Source: an uncultured Gammaproteobacteria bacterium (GTDB lineage Bacteria; Patescibacteriota; Patescibacteriia; CAZSQN01). Taken from it: 64,000 nucleotides of DNA. The stretch is taken from the NCBI GenBank assembly GCA_964609095.1, contig CAZSQN010000001.1, positions 278,117 to 342,116 of the forward strand, written 5' to 3'. Positions 26,562-36,684 of the stretch are shown in pieces. Both the position numbers and the translations under genes were made by a program. How positions within the stretch are numbered: position 1 is the stretch's first letter; every line of letters begins with the position of its first letter. A model generated the notes under the pieces. The model saw only the letters and a program-made list of their open reading frames with translations. It was not told where the DNA came from and did not search any database.

Positions 26562-27386
26562 ATGAAGGATAAAATGAACATTCTTTTGTCTATTGTTGCG
26601 CAGATGCAGCGAATTTTTGGCGAGACATATTTTCTTCAATCACAAGGACGATTACGGTATGAAGAGATGGCGGACACGACGAACTCCTTTAGGTGCTGGT
26701 TTTGGGGCCGTGACAGAGAAAGCGATTTAGAATACTTGCTTTGTTGCCCCACGCCATCTTGGCGTGAACATCATCTCCGCCTTTTGAGATTTTCTCCAAT
26801 TCGCGGCTGGATTTGCGAAATTGGTCCCGGCGTCAGCGAGAATGGGTCAATCTCTGTCCTTGAACAATCTACGCCGCAAGTTTGCGCTCGTGTTCCGGTG
26901 GTAGTAAAAAGCAATGATCAAAATGAGCCGATAATCAGGATTGACGGAGAATGCGATAAGGAAGCCAAGTTTGGCGGTATAAGGGTAGTATCGTTCCACG
27001 AACGTTTTCGCGTGGAGTTTGAATTTGTGAATGGCACTTTGTTGGTTCGGAGAATCTCCGTAAGGCATTTCGGCGATAATCTTGCGAGAATAGAAGTTCC
27101 TTCAGGACTGCCAATTGGGACAATTGAGCCCGAGATGCTTTCTCCTGAAGGGCGAAATGCTTTTCTTGCGGAAGTGCGGACGTGGAGTGCCGAGTATTTC
27201 GCGGCTTGCGAAGCATGGGTTAAGACGGTGGAAAGTTATAATCTTCCTCCGCCGGTCGTGGCTTTGGAAAGTGGCAGCTATCAAATCTGGGGACGAGATA
27301 TTCCCGCCAAACTTTTTGATTTTGCCAAGCTTCTTGAAGAAGCCAATTCTCGTTTGGAGTCGCTCCGCGGTTCGTTGCCGGAGTAA
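26562..27386 (+). CDS. Hypothetical protein
   Basis: The SD aaaggagaagg precedes the ATG at 26562. A 274-aa protein with no recognisable family. Confidence 0.5.
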   Translation: MKDKMNILLSIVAQMQRIFGETYFLQSQGRLRYEEMADTTNSFRCWFWGRDRESDLEYLLCCPTPSWREHHLRLLRFSPIRGWICEIGPGVSENGSISVLEQSTPQVCARVPVVVKSNDQNEPIIRIDGECDKEAKFGGIRVVSFHERFRVEFEFVNGTLLVRRISVRHFGDNLARIEVPSGLPIGTIEPEMLSPEGRNAFLAEVRTWSAEYFAACEAWVKTVESYNLPPPVVALESGSYQIWGRDIPAKLFDFAKLLEEANSRLESLRGSLPE

Positions 27387-27553
27387 AGTGTCAAATGAGT
27401 CGGTCTAAAAAGCCGGCTCTTTTTGTATGTTTTTCTCCAACCGAATGGCTTGACATCTTCCATATTTTCGTAGTAACATTTTCTGTTGTTCTTTTCAGCC
27501 CAAGGCTGATCCGCCGCAGGCGGAAACAGCCGAATAAAAAGAAAGGAAAAGCA

Positions 27554-29365
27554 ATGAGCCAAGAACCGCTCGTAACCTATGCGGACAAGCCGTTTGATTT
27601 TGCCGAAGTGCGCAAGTTCGCCAGGAATTTTCGCGCGCTGCTTAGGCCTTATCGGCCGATGCTTCGGCCGGCAATGTTCTGGGTGTTCGTGGTGCAGATG
27701 TCGGCAATTTTGGAACCGGCATTTATCACCTGGGGCATTGATTCTTTTGTTCGGCACGGCAGGGCCGTCAAGCCCTGGATCGCGCCCTATGCCGGAGTCA
27801 TGCTTCTCGCGGTGCTTTTAATCGGACTCACGGTTGTTGCCAAAAACCGTTCCATCCGCAAGGTCATCTTCAAAATTGAAGAGGGAATTTATCTTGATTG
27901 CGTCAAAAAACTTCTTCATTTGCCGCTGGCCTTCCATCTGCGCGAAAATACCGGTTCGCTTATAGGCAAGGTGATTAAAGGCGTCAATCGGCTTACGGAA
28001 ATGGTGGCCATTGTCTATTGGGAGGTTTTGCCCCTGCTCGTCCAGACCATCGTGACAGTGGCGGTTGTTTTTTATCTCTCGCCCGGAGTGGCCGCGGTCA
28101 TTCTTGTCGCGGTAATTTGCTTTTTGTATCTTACGGTGAGCTTGAAACGGCGTTTTGCCGCGCTGCGCAAGCAGAGGCACGAGTACGACGCGGAAGCTGA
28201 CGAGCTTGCCGGACAGGCCATAACTAATGTGATGACGGTGCAGAGTTTTAGCCAGGAAGAGCGGGAATACGAAATGGTTAAAAAGTTGCGCGGATTGATT
28301 GTGAAACACGCGGACACGGAATTCACTCAATATGAATACGGCTACTTGCGGCAGAACGCCATCGTGACGGTTGGCCGCGTGCTTGTTTTCGCCATTGCGG
28401 CTTATGCCGTTATTGGCGGAGGGCTTTCGGTCGGCATTTTTGTTTTCTCCGTCACTTTGGCCGAAAAGGTTTTTGCTTCCGCCTATCGTATCGGGAGCGT
28501 CTTAGATCGGCTTCAGGAAACGGCGGATAAGGTGCAGATTATGCATGATCTCCTGCATACGGCGGAAACAGTGAAAGACCCGGAAAATCCGCGGCCATGT
28601 CCCAAACTTTCCGGAGCCATTGAATTCCGCGATGTCACCTATCGCTATCAAAGCCAAGATGACAATTTGCGGGAAGCGGTCATTAACAATTTGTCTTTTA
28701 AGGCGGAAGCCGGCGAAACCATCGGCATTGTCGGAAGTTCCGGCGGAGGCAAATCAACCTTGGCTAAGCTGCTTTTGCGTTTTGACGATCCGGAGAGCGG
28801 GGCGATTCTGCTTGACGGCAAAGATATCAGAACCTTGCGCCGCGCTGATTTCCGGCGGCAGATTGGCTATGTGCCGCAGGAAGTGGAGATTAACGACGGC
28901 ACGATTTTAGACAATATCCGCTACGGGCGGCCAAACGCGGAACAGGCGGCCGTGATTGAAGCGGCAAAACTCGCCAATGCCCACGACTTCATTGTGGAAA
29001 AATGCGACCGCGGGTACGAAACGGTTGTGGGAAATCGCGGTTTGCGGCTTTCCGGAGGACAGCGCCAGAGAGTGGGACTCGCGCGCGCTTTGATTCTTAA
29101 TCCGCCGATTCTTATTTTGGACGAAGCCACGGCCTCGGTTGACCCCGAATCAGAGTTTAAGATTCGGCAGGCGCTTGCCGGACTGGAGGGAAGCCGGACG
29201 CTCCTCATCATCGCGCATCGGCTTTCCACTATTAAAAACGCTGACCGGATTCTGGTGATTGAAGACGGGCGCATTGTGGAGCAAGGCGCGTATTCGCAAT
29301 TGCTCGCCAAAGGCGGACGGTTTGCGGAGCTCGTGATGCACCAGCTGGACAGAGAGCCGAATTAG
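27554..29365 (+). CDS. ABC transporter, fused permease/ATP-binding exporter (MsbA-like)
   Basis: It has 6 TM helices, then Walker A (GSSGGGKST), the signature LSGGQRQRV, and Walker B (ILILDEAT). The SD aaaggaaaag precedes the ATG at 27554. Confidence 0.9.
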   Translation: MSQEPLVTYADKPFDFAEVRKFARNFRALLRPYRPMLRPAMFWVFVVQMSAILEPAFITWGIDSFVRHGRAVKPWIAPYAGVMLLAVLLIGLTVVAKNRSIRKVIFKIEEGIYLDCVKKLLHLPLAFHLRENTGSLIGKVIKGVNRLTEMVAIVYWEVLPLLVQTIVTVAVVFYLSPGVAAVILVAVICFLYLTVSLKRRFAALRKQRHEYDAEADELAGQAITNVMTVQSFSQEEREYEMVKKLRGLIVKHADTEFTQYEYGYLRQNAIVTVGRVLVFAIAAYAVIGGGLSVGIFVFSVTLAEKVFASAYRIGSVLDRLQETADKVQIMHDLLHTAETVKDPENPRPCPKLSGAIEFRDVTYRYQSQDDNLREAVINNLSFKAEAGETIGIVGSSGGGKSTLAKLLLRFDDPESGAILLDGKDIRTLRRADFRRQIGYVPQEVEINDGTILDNIRYGRPNAEQAAVIEAAKLANAHDFIVEKCDRGYETVVGNRGLRLSGGQRQRVGLARALILNPPILILDEATASVDPESEFKIRQALAGLEGSRTLLIIAHRLSTIKNADRILVIEDGRIVEQGAYSQLLAKGGRFAELVMHQLDREPN

Positions 29366-29424
29366 AACATTGAAAAACCCCGTTGGGAAACCAACGGGGA
29401 TTTTTGTTATAATAATATAATGCT

Positions 29425-29596
29425 TAACTCATTTAGTGTTATTACTATAATTGGCTCAACGTGGCCAAAAATTGGCGAAACCTTTGGCCTGTCATTCCCG
29501 TGTAAACGGGAATCCAGGCGCTCAAATTATTGGTTTAGTAATTGTGGATTCCCGCTTTCGCGGGAATGACAATCGGCGAAACCCTAAATGAGTTCG
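29425..29596. mobile_element. MITE-like palindromic element, family A, copy 3 (diverged)
   Basis: Outer 11-bp inverted repeats aactcatttag / ctaaatgagtt enclose gtcattcccgtgtaaacgggaatcc ... ggattcccgctttcgcgggaatgac. Confidence 0.65.
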
Positions 29597-29612
29597 CTAA
29601 TCTCGATGATTT

Positions 29613-30071
29613 ATGCTCAAGCTCCGATTTTTATTTTTTATAATAATGATTATTCTTGCCGCGATTATCGGCAAAAAATATAATGCTCCGGAAGTAAGAG
29701 ATAAAATAGGAGAAATTGTCCAAAAAATTAAGCAGGCGGCCGATGGGCAAAAACAGCTTTCTCCAGAAGAAAAACAATCGGCTTTAACCAAAGAGCTTGA
29801 AACAAATCTTAATCAGATTGAAGAGGCGTTAAAAGAAATCGCCAAAAGCCGCAACGGAGCGGGAAATGCCGCGAATAAAGAGTCAGAAGAATCAGCGGTT
29901 TCAAAGGGAGCAATGGCTAATTTGATTGCCGGCATTTTGGGAAAAAATGATGAAAATCCGGAAAAGGCGGCGGAGGCGGCCGTCTCCCGGGCGCAGGATA
30001 TCATTGACGAATTAAAAGGAGTTCAGATTCAGACCAGTCGCGCCGCTCATGAAGCATGCGGGGAAAAATAG
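29613..30071 (+). CDS. Hypothetical membrane-anchored protein
   Basis: It has an N-terminal TM helix followed by a charged helical region. Confidence 0.5.
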   Translation: MLKLRFLFFIIMIILAAIIGKKYNAPEVRDKIGEIVQKIKQAADGQKQLSPEEKQSALTKELETNLNQIEEALKEIAKSRNGAGNAANKESEESAVSKGAMANLIAGILGKNDENPEKAAEAAVSRAQDIIDELKGVQIQTSRAAHEACGEK

Positions 30072-30173
30072 TCCCGCACATAACTTTAAATATTTAACGC
30101 TATAAAAAATTATTTTATTCAAATATCCGTCTGAAATCAATAATAAATATTTAAATTAAAGTTATGTGCGGGA
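30072..30173. mobile_element. Palindromic element family B (CCCGCACATAAC ... GTTATGTGCGGG), copy 1
   Basis: About 25-bp inverted arms (tcccgcacataactttaaatattta / taaatatttaaattaaagttatgtgcggga) flank an AT-rich core. It abuts the -35 TTGACT of the rpsB promoter. Confidence 0.6.
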
Positions 30174-30359
30174 TTGACTTTTCTTATATATAATGTAAGA
30201 TATTGTTTATTAAAGGTTATCGCCCAAGCTATGCGGCCGGGCAAGAACCTTTTTAATTTTAATTAATTCACATCTTTCCGGACTGCTTTATTCCTCCCCG
30301 ATAGCCGTCGGGGCATAAAGCGGAATGAAGGGAAGAGAGGATAAAAGGAATATAATTAT

Positions 30360-31094
30360 ATGGCAAAACTTCCAACATTGGTTGAGATGCTCCAAAGCGG
30401 CATGCACTTTGGGCATCAGGCGAGCCGCTGGCACCCAAAGATGAAGCAATATATCTTTGGCGAGCGCGGCGGCATTCATATTATTAATCTTGAGGTAACG
30501 GTTAAAAAATTGTCCGATGCCTTGGATTATCTAAAGGAGATTGTTTCTAAAGGCGGGGTTGTTATGCTGGTGGGGACCAAAAGGCAGGCGCAAGATGTTT
30601 TCCGCCAGGTCGGCGAGGAGACCGGAATGCCTTATGTCAATCGCCGCTGGCTGGGCGGGACGCTCACGAATTTTGGAGAAATTTTGCGGCTGATTAAACA
30701 TTATAAAGACCTTAAAGCCAAGCGCGAAGCCGGCGAACTCGCAAAATATACGAAAAAGGAACAGCTTGAGTTTGGCAGGGAAATTGAGGACTTGGAGCGC
30801 AAAGTCGGAGGCATTGCCAATCTTGGTCGTTTGCCCGAAGCGGTTTTTATTTTGGATTTAAAGACGGAAAAAACGGCTTTTGATGAAGCCAGGCGGATGA
30901 AGGTGCCGATTGTTGCCGTCACCGATACCAATGTCAATCCTGATGATGTTGCTTATCCGATTCCGGCCAATGATGACGCCGTTAAAGGCATTGAGATGAT
31001 TATGCGCCTTGTCGGCGAAGCGATACGAGAGGGGAAAGAAATGGCGGCCAAGGGAGCAGAACCAAAGAAGCAAGCGGAGACGATTGCGGCCTAA
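30360..31094 (+). CDS. rpsB: 30S ribosomal protein S2
   Basis: MAKLPTLVEMLQSGMHFGHQASRWHPKMKQYIFGERGGIHIINL is canonical S2. Confidence 0.95.
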   Translation: MAKLPTLVEMLQSGMHFGHQASRWHPKMKQYIFGERGGIHIINLEVTVKKLSDALDYLKEIVSKGGVVMLVGTKRQAQDVFRQVGEETGMPYVNRRWLGGTLTNFGEILRLIKHYKDLKAKREAGELAKYTKKEQLEFGREIEDLERKVGGIANLGRLPEAVFILDLKTEKTAFDEARRMKVPIVAVTDTNVNPDDVAYPIPANDDAVKGIEMIMRLVGEAIREGKEMAAKGAEPKKQAETIAA

Positions 31095-31172
31095 AAAGCG
31101 TTTAGCGGTTAGCGTAAGCGCGTTTAGTTAATTTTCCTAAACCCTAAACGCTAAACCATTTATCCTAAAAAT

Positions 31173-31781
31173 ATGATTGACGCATCTACGATAATGAAGC
31201 TCCGCGAGCTTACCGGCGCCGGCATTGTTGAAGCCAAAAAGGCCTTGGAAGCGGCCGGAGGAGATATTAACAAAGCCATTGAGGCCTTGCGTAAAAAGGG
31301 CGTGGTTAAGGCGGCTGAAAAGGGAGTGCGCGAAACCCGCGAAGGCAGGGTTCATTCTTATATACACAGCAACGGCAAAGTCGGCGCGCTCCTGGAAGTG
31401 CTTTGCGAAACCGACTTTGTGGCGCGAAATGAAACATTTAAGGAACTCTGCCACGATCTGGCAATGCAAATAGCCGCGGCCAATCCGCTTTATGTTTCTT
31501 CCGCAGACGTTCCGCCGGAGGTTGTAGAAAAGGAAAAAGAGGTTTATTCATCCGGAGTTGAGCATTCCGGCAAGCCGGCGGAAATTGTAAATAAGATTGT
31601 TGAAGGAAAACTCGCAAAATATTTCAGCGATGTTTGTTTGCTTAATCAGACATTTATAAAAGACGAAGATATTACCGTGGAAGAGCGCATCAAGGCCGCG
31701 ATTGCCAAGCTTGGTGAAAACATCCGCGTGCGCAGGTTTGTGCGGTTTAGTTTGGACCAAGGTGAGCCCCAAGTCGCTTAA
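31173..31781 (+). CDS. tsf: Elongation factor Ts
   Basis: It has the N-terminal UBA-like sequence (MKLRELTGAGIVEAKKAL) and the EF-Ts core, in the rpsB-tsf order. Confidence 0.93.
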   Translation: MIDASTIMKLRELTGAGIVEAKKALEAAGGDINKAIEALRKKGVVKAAEKGVRETREGRVHSYIHSNGKVGALLEVLCETDFVARNETFKELCHDLAMQIAAANPLYVSSADVPPEVVEKEKEVYSSGVEHSGKPAEIVNKIVEGKLAKYFSDVCLLNQTFIKDEDITVEERIKAAIAKLGENIRVRRFVRFSLDQGEPQVA

Positions 31782-31794
31782 TTTGTCCACACGC

Positions 31795-31822
31795 AAAAAT
31801 CCCCGTAAAAGGGGATTTTTTG
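31795..31822 (+). terminator. Rho-independent terminator after tsf
   Basis: The sequence is aaaaatccccgtaaaaggggattttttgg. Confidence 0.75.
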
Positions 31823-31879
31823 GTATAATCAAATTGTTCATTTTTAAATCCGGTACGGAAGGAGCCGGAATATTTACTT

Positions 31880-32914
31880 ATGGCAAGGTCTAATAATAAA
31901 AAAATTCGCATTGCAATAAATGGTTTCGGCCGCATTGGCAGAAACACTCTTAAGGCCGGATGGGATAATCCAAATGTTGAGTTTGTGGCGGTTAATGATT
32001 TAACCGCGCCAAAGATTTTGGCCCACCTTCTAAAATACGATTCCGTATTCCGGACTTGGGGTCATGAGGTTAGTTCAGACGAAAAAAATGTGATAGTTGG
32101 CGGCAAAAAGATTCCTGTTGTGGCGGAAAAAGAACCGGCTAAATTGCCGTGGAAAGATTATAAAATTGACGTGGTTATAGAATCAACCGGCAGGTTTACC
32201 AGCCGCGAGCTTTCTACTCCGCATCTTGCGGCTGGCGCCAAGGCCGTGGTTATTTCCGCTCCGGCAAAAGAAGTGCCTACATATTTAATGGGAGTGAATC
32301 ATGAAAAAGTGAAAAAAGATGAAAGAATCGTTTGCAACGCTTCCTGCACTACCAATTCCATCGCGCCGGTTGTGGCTATAATGAATGAGGCCTTTGGCAT
32401 AGAAAAGGCAATGATGACGACCGTGCACTCGGTGACGGCGGAACAAAATTTGGTTGATGGCCTGCCTCCGGCGCTTCATCCGGATATGCGCCGCGCCCGT
32501 TCCGCTTTAATCAACATTGTCCCGACTTCAACCGGCGCGGCCAAAGCCACAACCGAAGCAATACCGGAATTAAAAGGGCTTTTTGACGGCATTGCCGTGC
32601 GCGTGCCCACGCTTGACGTGTCGCTTTCTGATTTTACGATGCTTTTGAAAAAGAATACGACAGTGGAAGAAATTAACGCGGCTTTTAAAAAAGCGGCTGT
32701 CTCCGCGCGCTGGAAAGGGATTCTTGGCGTGTCCGAAGTCCCGCTTGTTTCTTCTGATTTTATCGGCTCAACTTATTCCTCGGTTGTTGATTTGGAAATG
32801 ACTCGCGTGGTCGGCGGCAATTTGGTGAAAGTGATGGCGTGGTATGACAACGAGTACGGATACAGCGTGCATTTGGTGGAGATGGCGGTTAACGTGGGTA
32901 GGCGTATAACATGA
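31880..32914 (+). CDS. gap: Glyceraldehyde-3-phosphate dehydrogenase
   Basis: It has the NAD-binding motif INGFGRIGR and the catalytic motif ASCTTNS. Confidence 0.95.
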   Translation: MARSNNKKIRIAINGFGRIGRNTLKAGWDNPNVEFVAVNDLTAPKILAHLLKYDSVFRTWGHEVSSDEKNVIVGGKKIPVVAEKEPAKLPWKDYKIDVVIESTGRFTSRELSTPHLAAGAKAVVISAPAKEVPTYLMGVNHEKVKKDERIVCNASCTTNSIAPVVAIMNEAFGIEKAMMTTVHSVTAEQNLVDGLPPALHPDMRRARSALINIVPTSTGAAKATTEAIPELKGLFDGIAVRVPTLDVSLSDFTMLLKKNTTVEEINAAFKKAAVSARWKGILGVSEVPLVSSDFIGSTYSSVVDLEMTRVVGGNLVKVMAWYDNEYGYSVHLVEMAVNVGRRIT

Positions 32915-33016
32915 CGCAAATCCACGAATGAACTGCGAATGATGCAAATATGCGAATATTGTATTCGCGCATTCGCGGCATTCGCATTAAATTCGCATCA
33001 TTTGCGTTATATTTTT

Positions 33017-34327
33017 ATGGAAAAGAATATTGTCATCATCGGCGGGGGTTTTGGGGGACTGAGGGCAGCCTTGGATTTGGCGCGCAGCCGCGCCAAGAAG
33101 ATGGGCTACCGTCTGATAGTTTTGGACAAAAACGATTCACATATTTATACTCCTTTGCTTTATGAAGTCGCTTCCGGCTGCAATGACAAAGTGATTAGCG
33201 AGTACAACATGGCCAAAGGCGTTACCTCGCGCCTTTCTGATTACGCGCGCGCTTGCGGTTTTGAATTTTATAAAGGAGAGGCGGTTTCAATTGATTTTAA
33301 GAACCGCCGCGTTTTCTTAAAAGACGGAAGCTCTGTTGATTTTCAGGCGCTGGTTTTGGCAGTCGGTTCGGAAACTGATTTTTTCGGCATCCCGGGTTTG
33401 GCGGAATCAGCCCTGACCTTAAAGAACTTGGAAGACGGCTTCCGCATCAGAAAAAAGATAATGAACCTGACGGAGGAGAAAAGCAAAGGGCGCGAAGTTC
33501 AGATAAGGGTGATGATAGGCGGCGGCGGGGCTACCGGCGTGGAGTCGGCGGCCGAGCTGGCCGGCAGTTTTCATCATTTGGCGGTTGAGGGGAAAATAGG
33601 GGGCGGCGATTGGACAATTACATTGGTTGAAGCCGGGCCGCGCATACTTCCTATGCTGCCGCAAGAGATTTCAGAGCGCGCGCGGCGGCGGCTGGAACGG
33701 CTCGGCGTTAAGGTTTTGCGGGACGCATGCATTAAAAAAGTGAATGGAAACCGCGTTATTCTTGCTCCGCGTCCGCTTAAGGAAGGAGAATCGCCCGAAG
33801 AGCTTTTGTGCGATTTCAGGACGGAAACGGAAAAAGAATTTGAAGCGGACATTCTCATCTGGGCCGGAGGAGTCCGCGCCAATCCGGCGCTTGGGGAGTG
33901 GGGCCTGGAGGTGGACAAAAAGGGACGCGTGGCCACCTCTCCGACAATGGAGGTAAAAGGGAAAGAGCGCGAAAACGTTTATGCCGTAGGCGATTGCGTT
34001 TTTTTGCCCGACCCCGAGACGGGAGTTGCCGCGCCGGCGCTGGCGCAGGCGGCCATTGCCGAGGCGGCCGTCGCGGCAAAAAACATCATCTATGATTTGG
34101 AAGGGTTAAACACCAGAGTTTATTATAAGTTCAGAGCTTATCCGGTCGTTGTTCCTCTCGGAGGGAAAAATGCCGTTGCTTATTTTTGGCATTTGCATCT
34201 TTGGGGGCCGTTGGGGTGGGCGGTGAGGCAGGCCGCTGATTTTCGTTATTTTTTGTCGGTGCTTCCGTTTCGGAAAGCTCTGAAAATATGGTTCGCCGGC
34301 GCCCTTATTTATTCTCACAATGATTAA
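33017..34327 (+). CDS. ndh: Type II NADH dehydrogenase-like FAD-dependent oxidoreductase
   Basis: It has two Rossmann motifs (IVIIGGGFGGL and VMIGGGGATGVE) and a hydrophobic C-terminal tail. The longer ORF-track start merely translates the GCGAAT repeat tract. Confidence 0.75.
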   Translation: MEKNIVIIGGGFGGLRAALDLARSRAKKMGYRLIVLDKNDSHIYTPLLYEVASGCNDKVISEYNMAKGVTSRLSDYARACGFEFYKGEAVSIDFKNRRVFLKDGSSVDFQALVLAVGSETDFFGIPGLAESALTLKNLEDGFRIRKKIMNLTEEKSKGREVQIRVMIGGGGATGVESAAELAGSFHHLAVEGKIGGGDWTITLVEAGPRILPMLPQEISERARRRLERLGVKVLRDACIKKVNGNRVILAPRPLKEGESPEELLCDFRTETEKEFEADILIWAGGVRANPALGEWGLEVDKKGRVATSPTMEVKGKERENVYAVGDCVFLPDPETGVAAPALAQAAIAEAAVAAKNIIYDLEGLNTRVYYKFRAYPVVVPLGGKNAVAYFWHLHLWGPLGWAVRQAADFRYFLSVLPFRKALKIWFAGALIYSHND

Positions 34328-35540
34328 ATTCCCATTTTTAAAAAGAAAGATTTTTCATCTGCCCGGCCTTGACGATTTAAAAATAGAAAAAGGAACGCGG
34401 GTTCTTTTGCGCGTTGATTACAACGTGCCGATGGAATTGGGCAAAGTGGCGGACTCCTGGAGGATTGAACGCACCTTGCCGACGATAAATTTTCTTCTTG
34501 AACGCGGAGCCCGAGTTATTATTTTGTCTCACTTGGGACGGCCCGGCGGAATTTTTAAGCAAGAATTGTCGCTTGAGCCGATTGCGGCGCATTTAGGCGT
34601 TTTGTTAAAAAAGCATGTTGAATTTTATAATGCCTTGCCGCCAAACCAATCCTTAAAAAAATACGTACAGGGCATCAAGCCGGGCGAAGCGGGGATGCTG
34701 GAAAATCTGCGTTTTTCTCCGGGCGAGGATAAAGGCGACGCGGAGTTTGCCCGCGGTCTGGCGGAATTGGGAGATGTTTACGTCAATGACGCTTTTGCCG
34801 TCTGCCACAGGCCTTCCGCTTCCGTTGTCGGCTTGCCCAAAATTATGCCCCATGCCGCCGGTTTGCTTTTGGAACAGGAAGCGCGCAATCTTGGCCGTTT
34901 GTTAAATAAAACGGCTAAACCGTTTATCTTGATTATGGGCGGAGCCAAAATAACGGATAAAATCGGAATGATTAAAAATTTGATGCCGCGGGCGGATAGG
35001 GCGCTACTGGGCGGAGCGTTAGTGAATAATTTTTTGGCGGCTTTGGGATATGGTTTGGGCGGTTCGCTTTACGCGCCGAATGAAGTGGAATTGGCGCGCG
35101 GCCTGTTGCGCGAGAAAAAGATTGTCTTGCCGAGCGATGTGGTTATCGGCGTTAAGGGCGCGGAGAAATCAGCGAGAGTGGTAATGCTGGGCAAATCAGC
35201 GAAAAAGCTGGCGGGAAGCAACGAGTCCATTTTGGATATAGGGCCGGAAACTGTCGGCCTTTACGCGGCGCAAATAAAAAAGGCGGCCACAATCGTCTGG
35301 AACGGGCCGCTTGGATATTTTGAAGAGCCGCAGTTTTCGCATGGCACGCTTGCTCTGGCCCGCACTGTTGCCAGCCGAAGCAAAGGACCGGCGTTTGGCG
35401 TTGTCGGCGGCGGGGAAACGGTTTTGGCTTTGCGCCGCACAAAAATGGAAGATATGGTTGATTGGGTTTCCACCGGAGGCGGTGCGATGCTGGAGTTTTT
35501 GGAAGGTAAGACGCTTCCGGGGATAAAAGCGTTATTATGA
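34320..35540 (+). CDS. pgk: Phosphoglycerate kinase
   Basis: LRVDYNVP...RVIILSHLGRP is canonical PGK. Confidence 0.95.
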   Translation: MIKFPFLKRKIFHLPGLDDLKIEKGTRVLLRVDYNVPMELGKVADSWRIERTLPTINFLLERGARVIILSHLGRPGGIFKQELSLEPIAAHLGVLLKKHVEFYNALPPNQSLKKYVQGIKPGEAGMLENLRFSPGEDKGDAEFARGLAELGDVYVNDAFAVCHRPSASVVGLPKIMPHAAGLLLEQEARNLGRLLNKTAKPFILIMGGAKITDKIGMIKNLMPRADRALLGGALVNNFLAALGYGLGGSLYAPNEVELARGLLREKKIVLPSDVVIGVKGAEKSARVVMLGKSAKKLAGSNESILDIGPETVGLYAAQIKKAATIVWNGPLGYFEEPQFSHGTLALARTVASRSKGPAFGVVGGGETVLALRRTKMEDMVDWVSTGGGAMLEFLEGKTLPGIKALL

Positions 35541-35592
35541 AACATAAAGCGTGAAACATGAATCATTAAATGCTTCATGTTCTAGAAGGACT

Positions 35593-36420
35593 ATGAAAAA
35601 GATGCTTCCTTTTTTTCTCGTGTTAGTAGCTTTAGTGTCGTTTGGAGCCGGTTGTGAAACTCAGAAAATTACTGTGCCTAAAGACGAAATAAAAGAAACA
35701 GTAAAAACAGAAAAAACATTACCAACGATAGAAAACAAAGAAAAACAAAATATTAACGATGGGACATTTTTGGTAACTCGAGTAATAGATGGTGATACGA
35801 TAGAGATTGAGGGGGGACAAAAGATACGTTATATCGGTATTGATACGCCGGAAACAGTAGATCCAAGAAAACCAGTGCAATGTTTCGGCAAAGAAGCCAG
35901 TAATAGGAATAAACAGCTGGTTGAGGGTAAAAGAGTGCATCTGGAAAAAGATATTACCGAAACCGATAGATATGGACGTTTGTTGCGTTATGTTTATTTA
36001 GAAAATATTTTTATTAATCTGTTATTGGTTCAGGAAGGATTTGCGACTTCATATAGCTATCCGCCAGATATAAAATATCAAGATAAATTTATAGAAGCTG
36101 GACGAATTGCAAGAGATAAAAAAAATGGCCTTTGGGGAGCGTGTCCTGTTGTTCCACCTGCTCCTGCATCTGCAGAAACAACCGTGCCGCAACCTGTTCC
36201 AACTCCAATGCCAACAACATCGCCACAGCCGACCACTGCACCAACGTCAGCTTCTTGTAATATTAAAGGCAATATATCATCGGGCGGAAAAATATATCAT
36301 TTACCTGGTTGTAGTTCTTATAATCAAACTGTGATAAATGAAGTGCAAGGTGAACGTTGGTTTTGCACTGAAGAAGAAGCGGTAGCGGTGGGTTGGCGTA
36401 AAGCTAAAAACTGTCCTTAA
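35593..36420 (+). CDS. Thermonuclease (SNase-like) lipoprotein with Pro/Thr linker and C-terminal Cys-containing domain
   Basis: It has a lipobox (LVSFGAGC), the SNase motif VIDGDTIEI...RYIGIDTPE, and a YHLPGCSSY...ERWFCTEEEA tail. Confidence 0.8.
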   Translation: MKKMLPFFLVLVALVSFGAGCETQKITVPKDEIKETVKTEKTLPTIENKEKQNINDGTFLVTRVIDGDTIEIEGGQKIRYIGIDTPETVDPRKPVQCFGKEASNRNKQLVEGKRVHLEKDITETDRYGRLLRYVYLENIFINLLLVQEGFATSYSYPPDIKYQDKFIEAGRIARDKKNGLWGACPVVPPAPASAETTVPQPVPTPMPTTSPQPTTAPTSASCNIKGNISSGGKIYHLPGCSSYNQTVINEVQGERWFCTEEEAVAVGWRKAKNCP

Positions 36421-36443
36421 TTTGCATTTTAATTTATTTCTTT

Positions 36444-36680
36444 GTGTCCAAAAAATCAATCAAAATGGAAATTGTTCAAAAAACAACCGAGTTGGCCACG
36501 GCCGGATTCGGGTTTGTGGCCGCGTTGGCCTGGAATGACGCCATCCAGTCGCTTGTGGTTCAAATTTTTGGAGAGCAGAGCAGGATTTTGGCAAAATTTA
36601 TTTACGCGATTATTTTGACAGCGGCAGTTGTTTTAATTACTACTCAGCTTGGCCGCATGGCCGCGAGATTAAAAGAATAA
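36444..36680 (+). CDS. Small membrane protein, hypothetical
   Basis: A 78-aa protein with two hydrophobic helices. Confidence 0.45.
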   Translation: MSKKSIKMEIVQKTTELATAGFGFVAALAWNDAIQSLVVQIFGEQSRILAKFIYAIILTAAVVLITTQLGRMAARLKE

Positions 36681-36684
36681 AAAT

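Noticed and set aside
32939-33016. N-terminal extensions of the ORF-track entries at 32939 (ndh) and 49811 (pseudopilin), and the same kind of extension at 48218 for mutM.
   Set aside because: The extensions are just translations of the GCGAAT repeat tracts. The conserved protein N-termini (MEKNIVIIGGG; MPELPEVETI) start at internal ATGs with better contexts.
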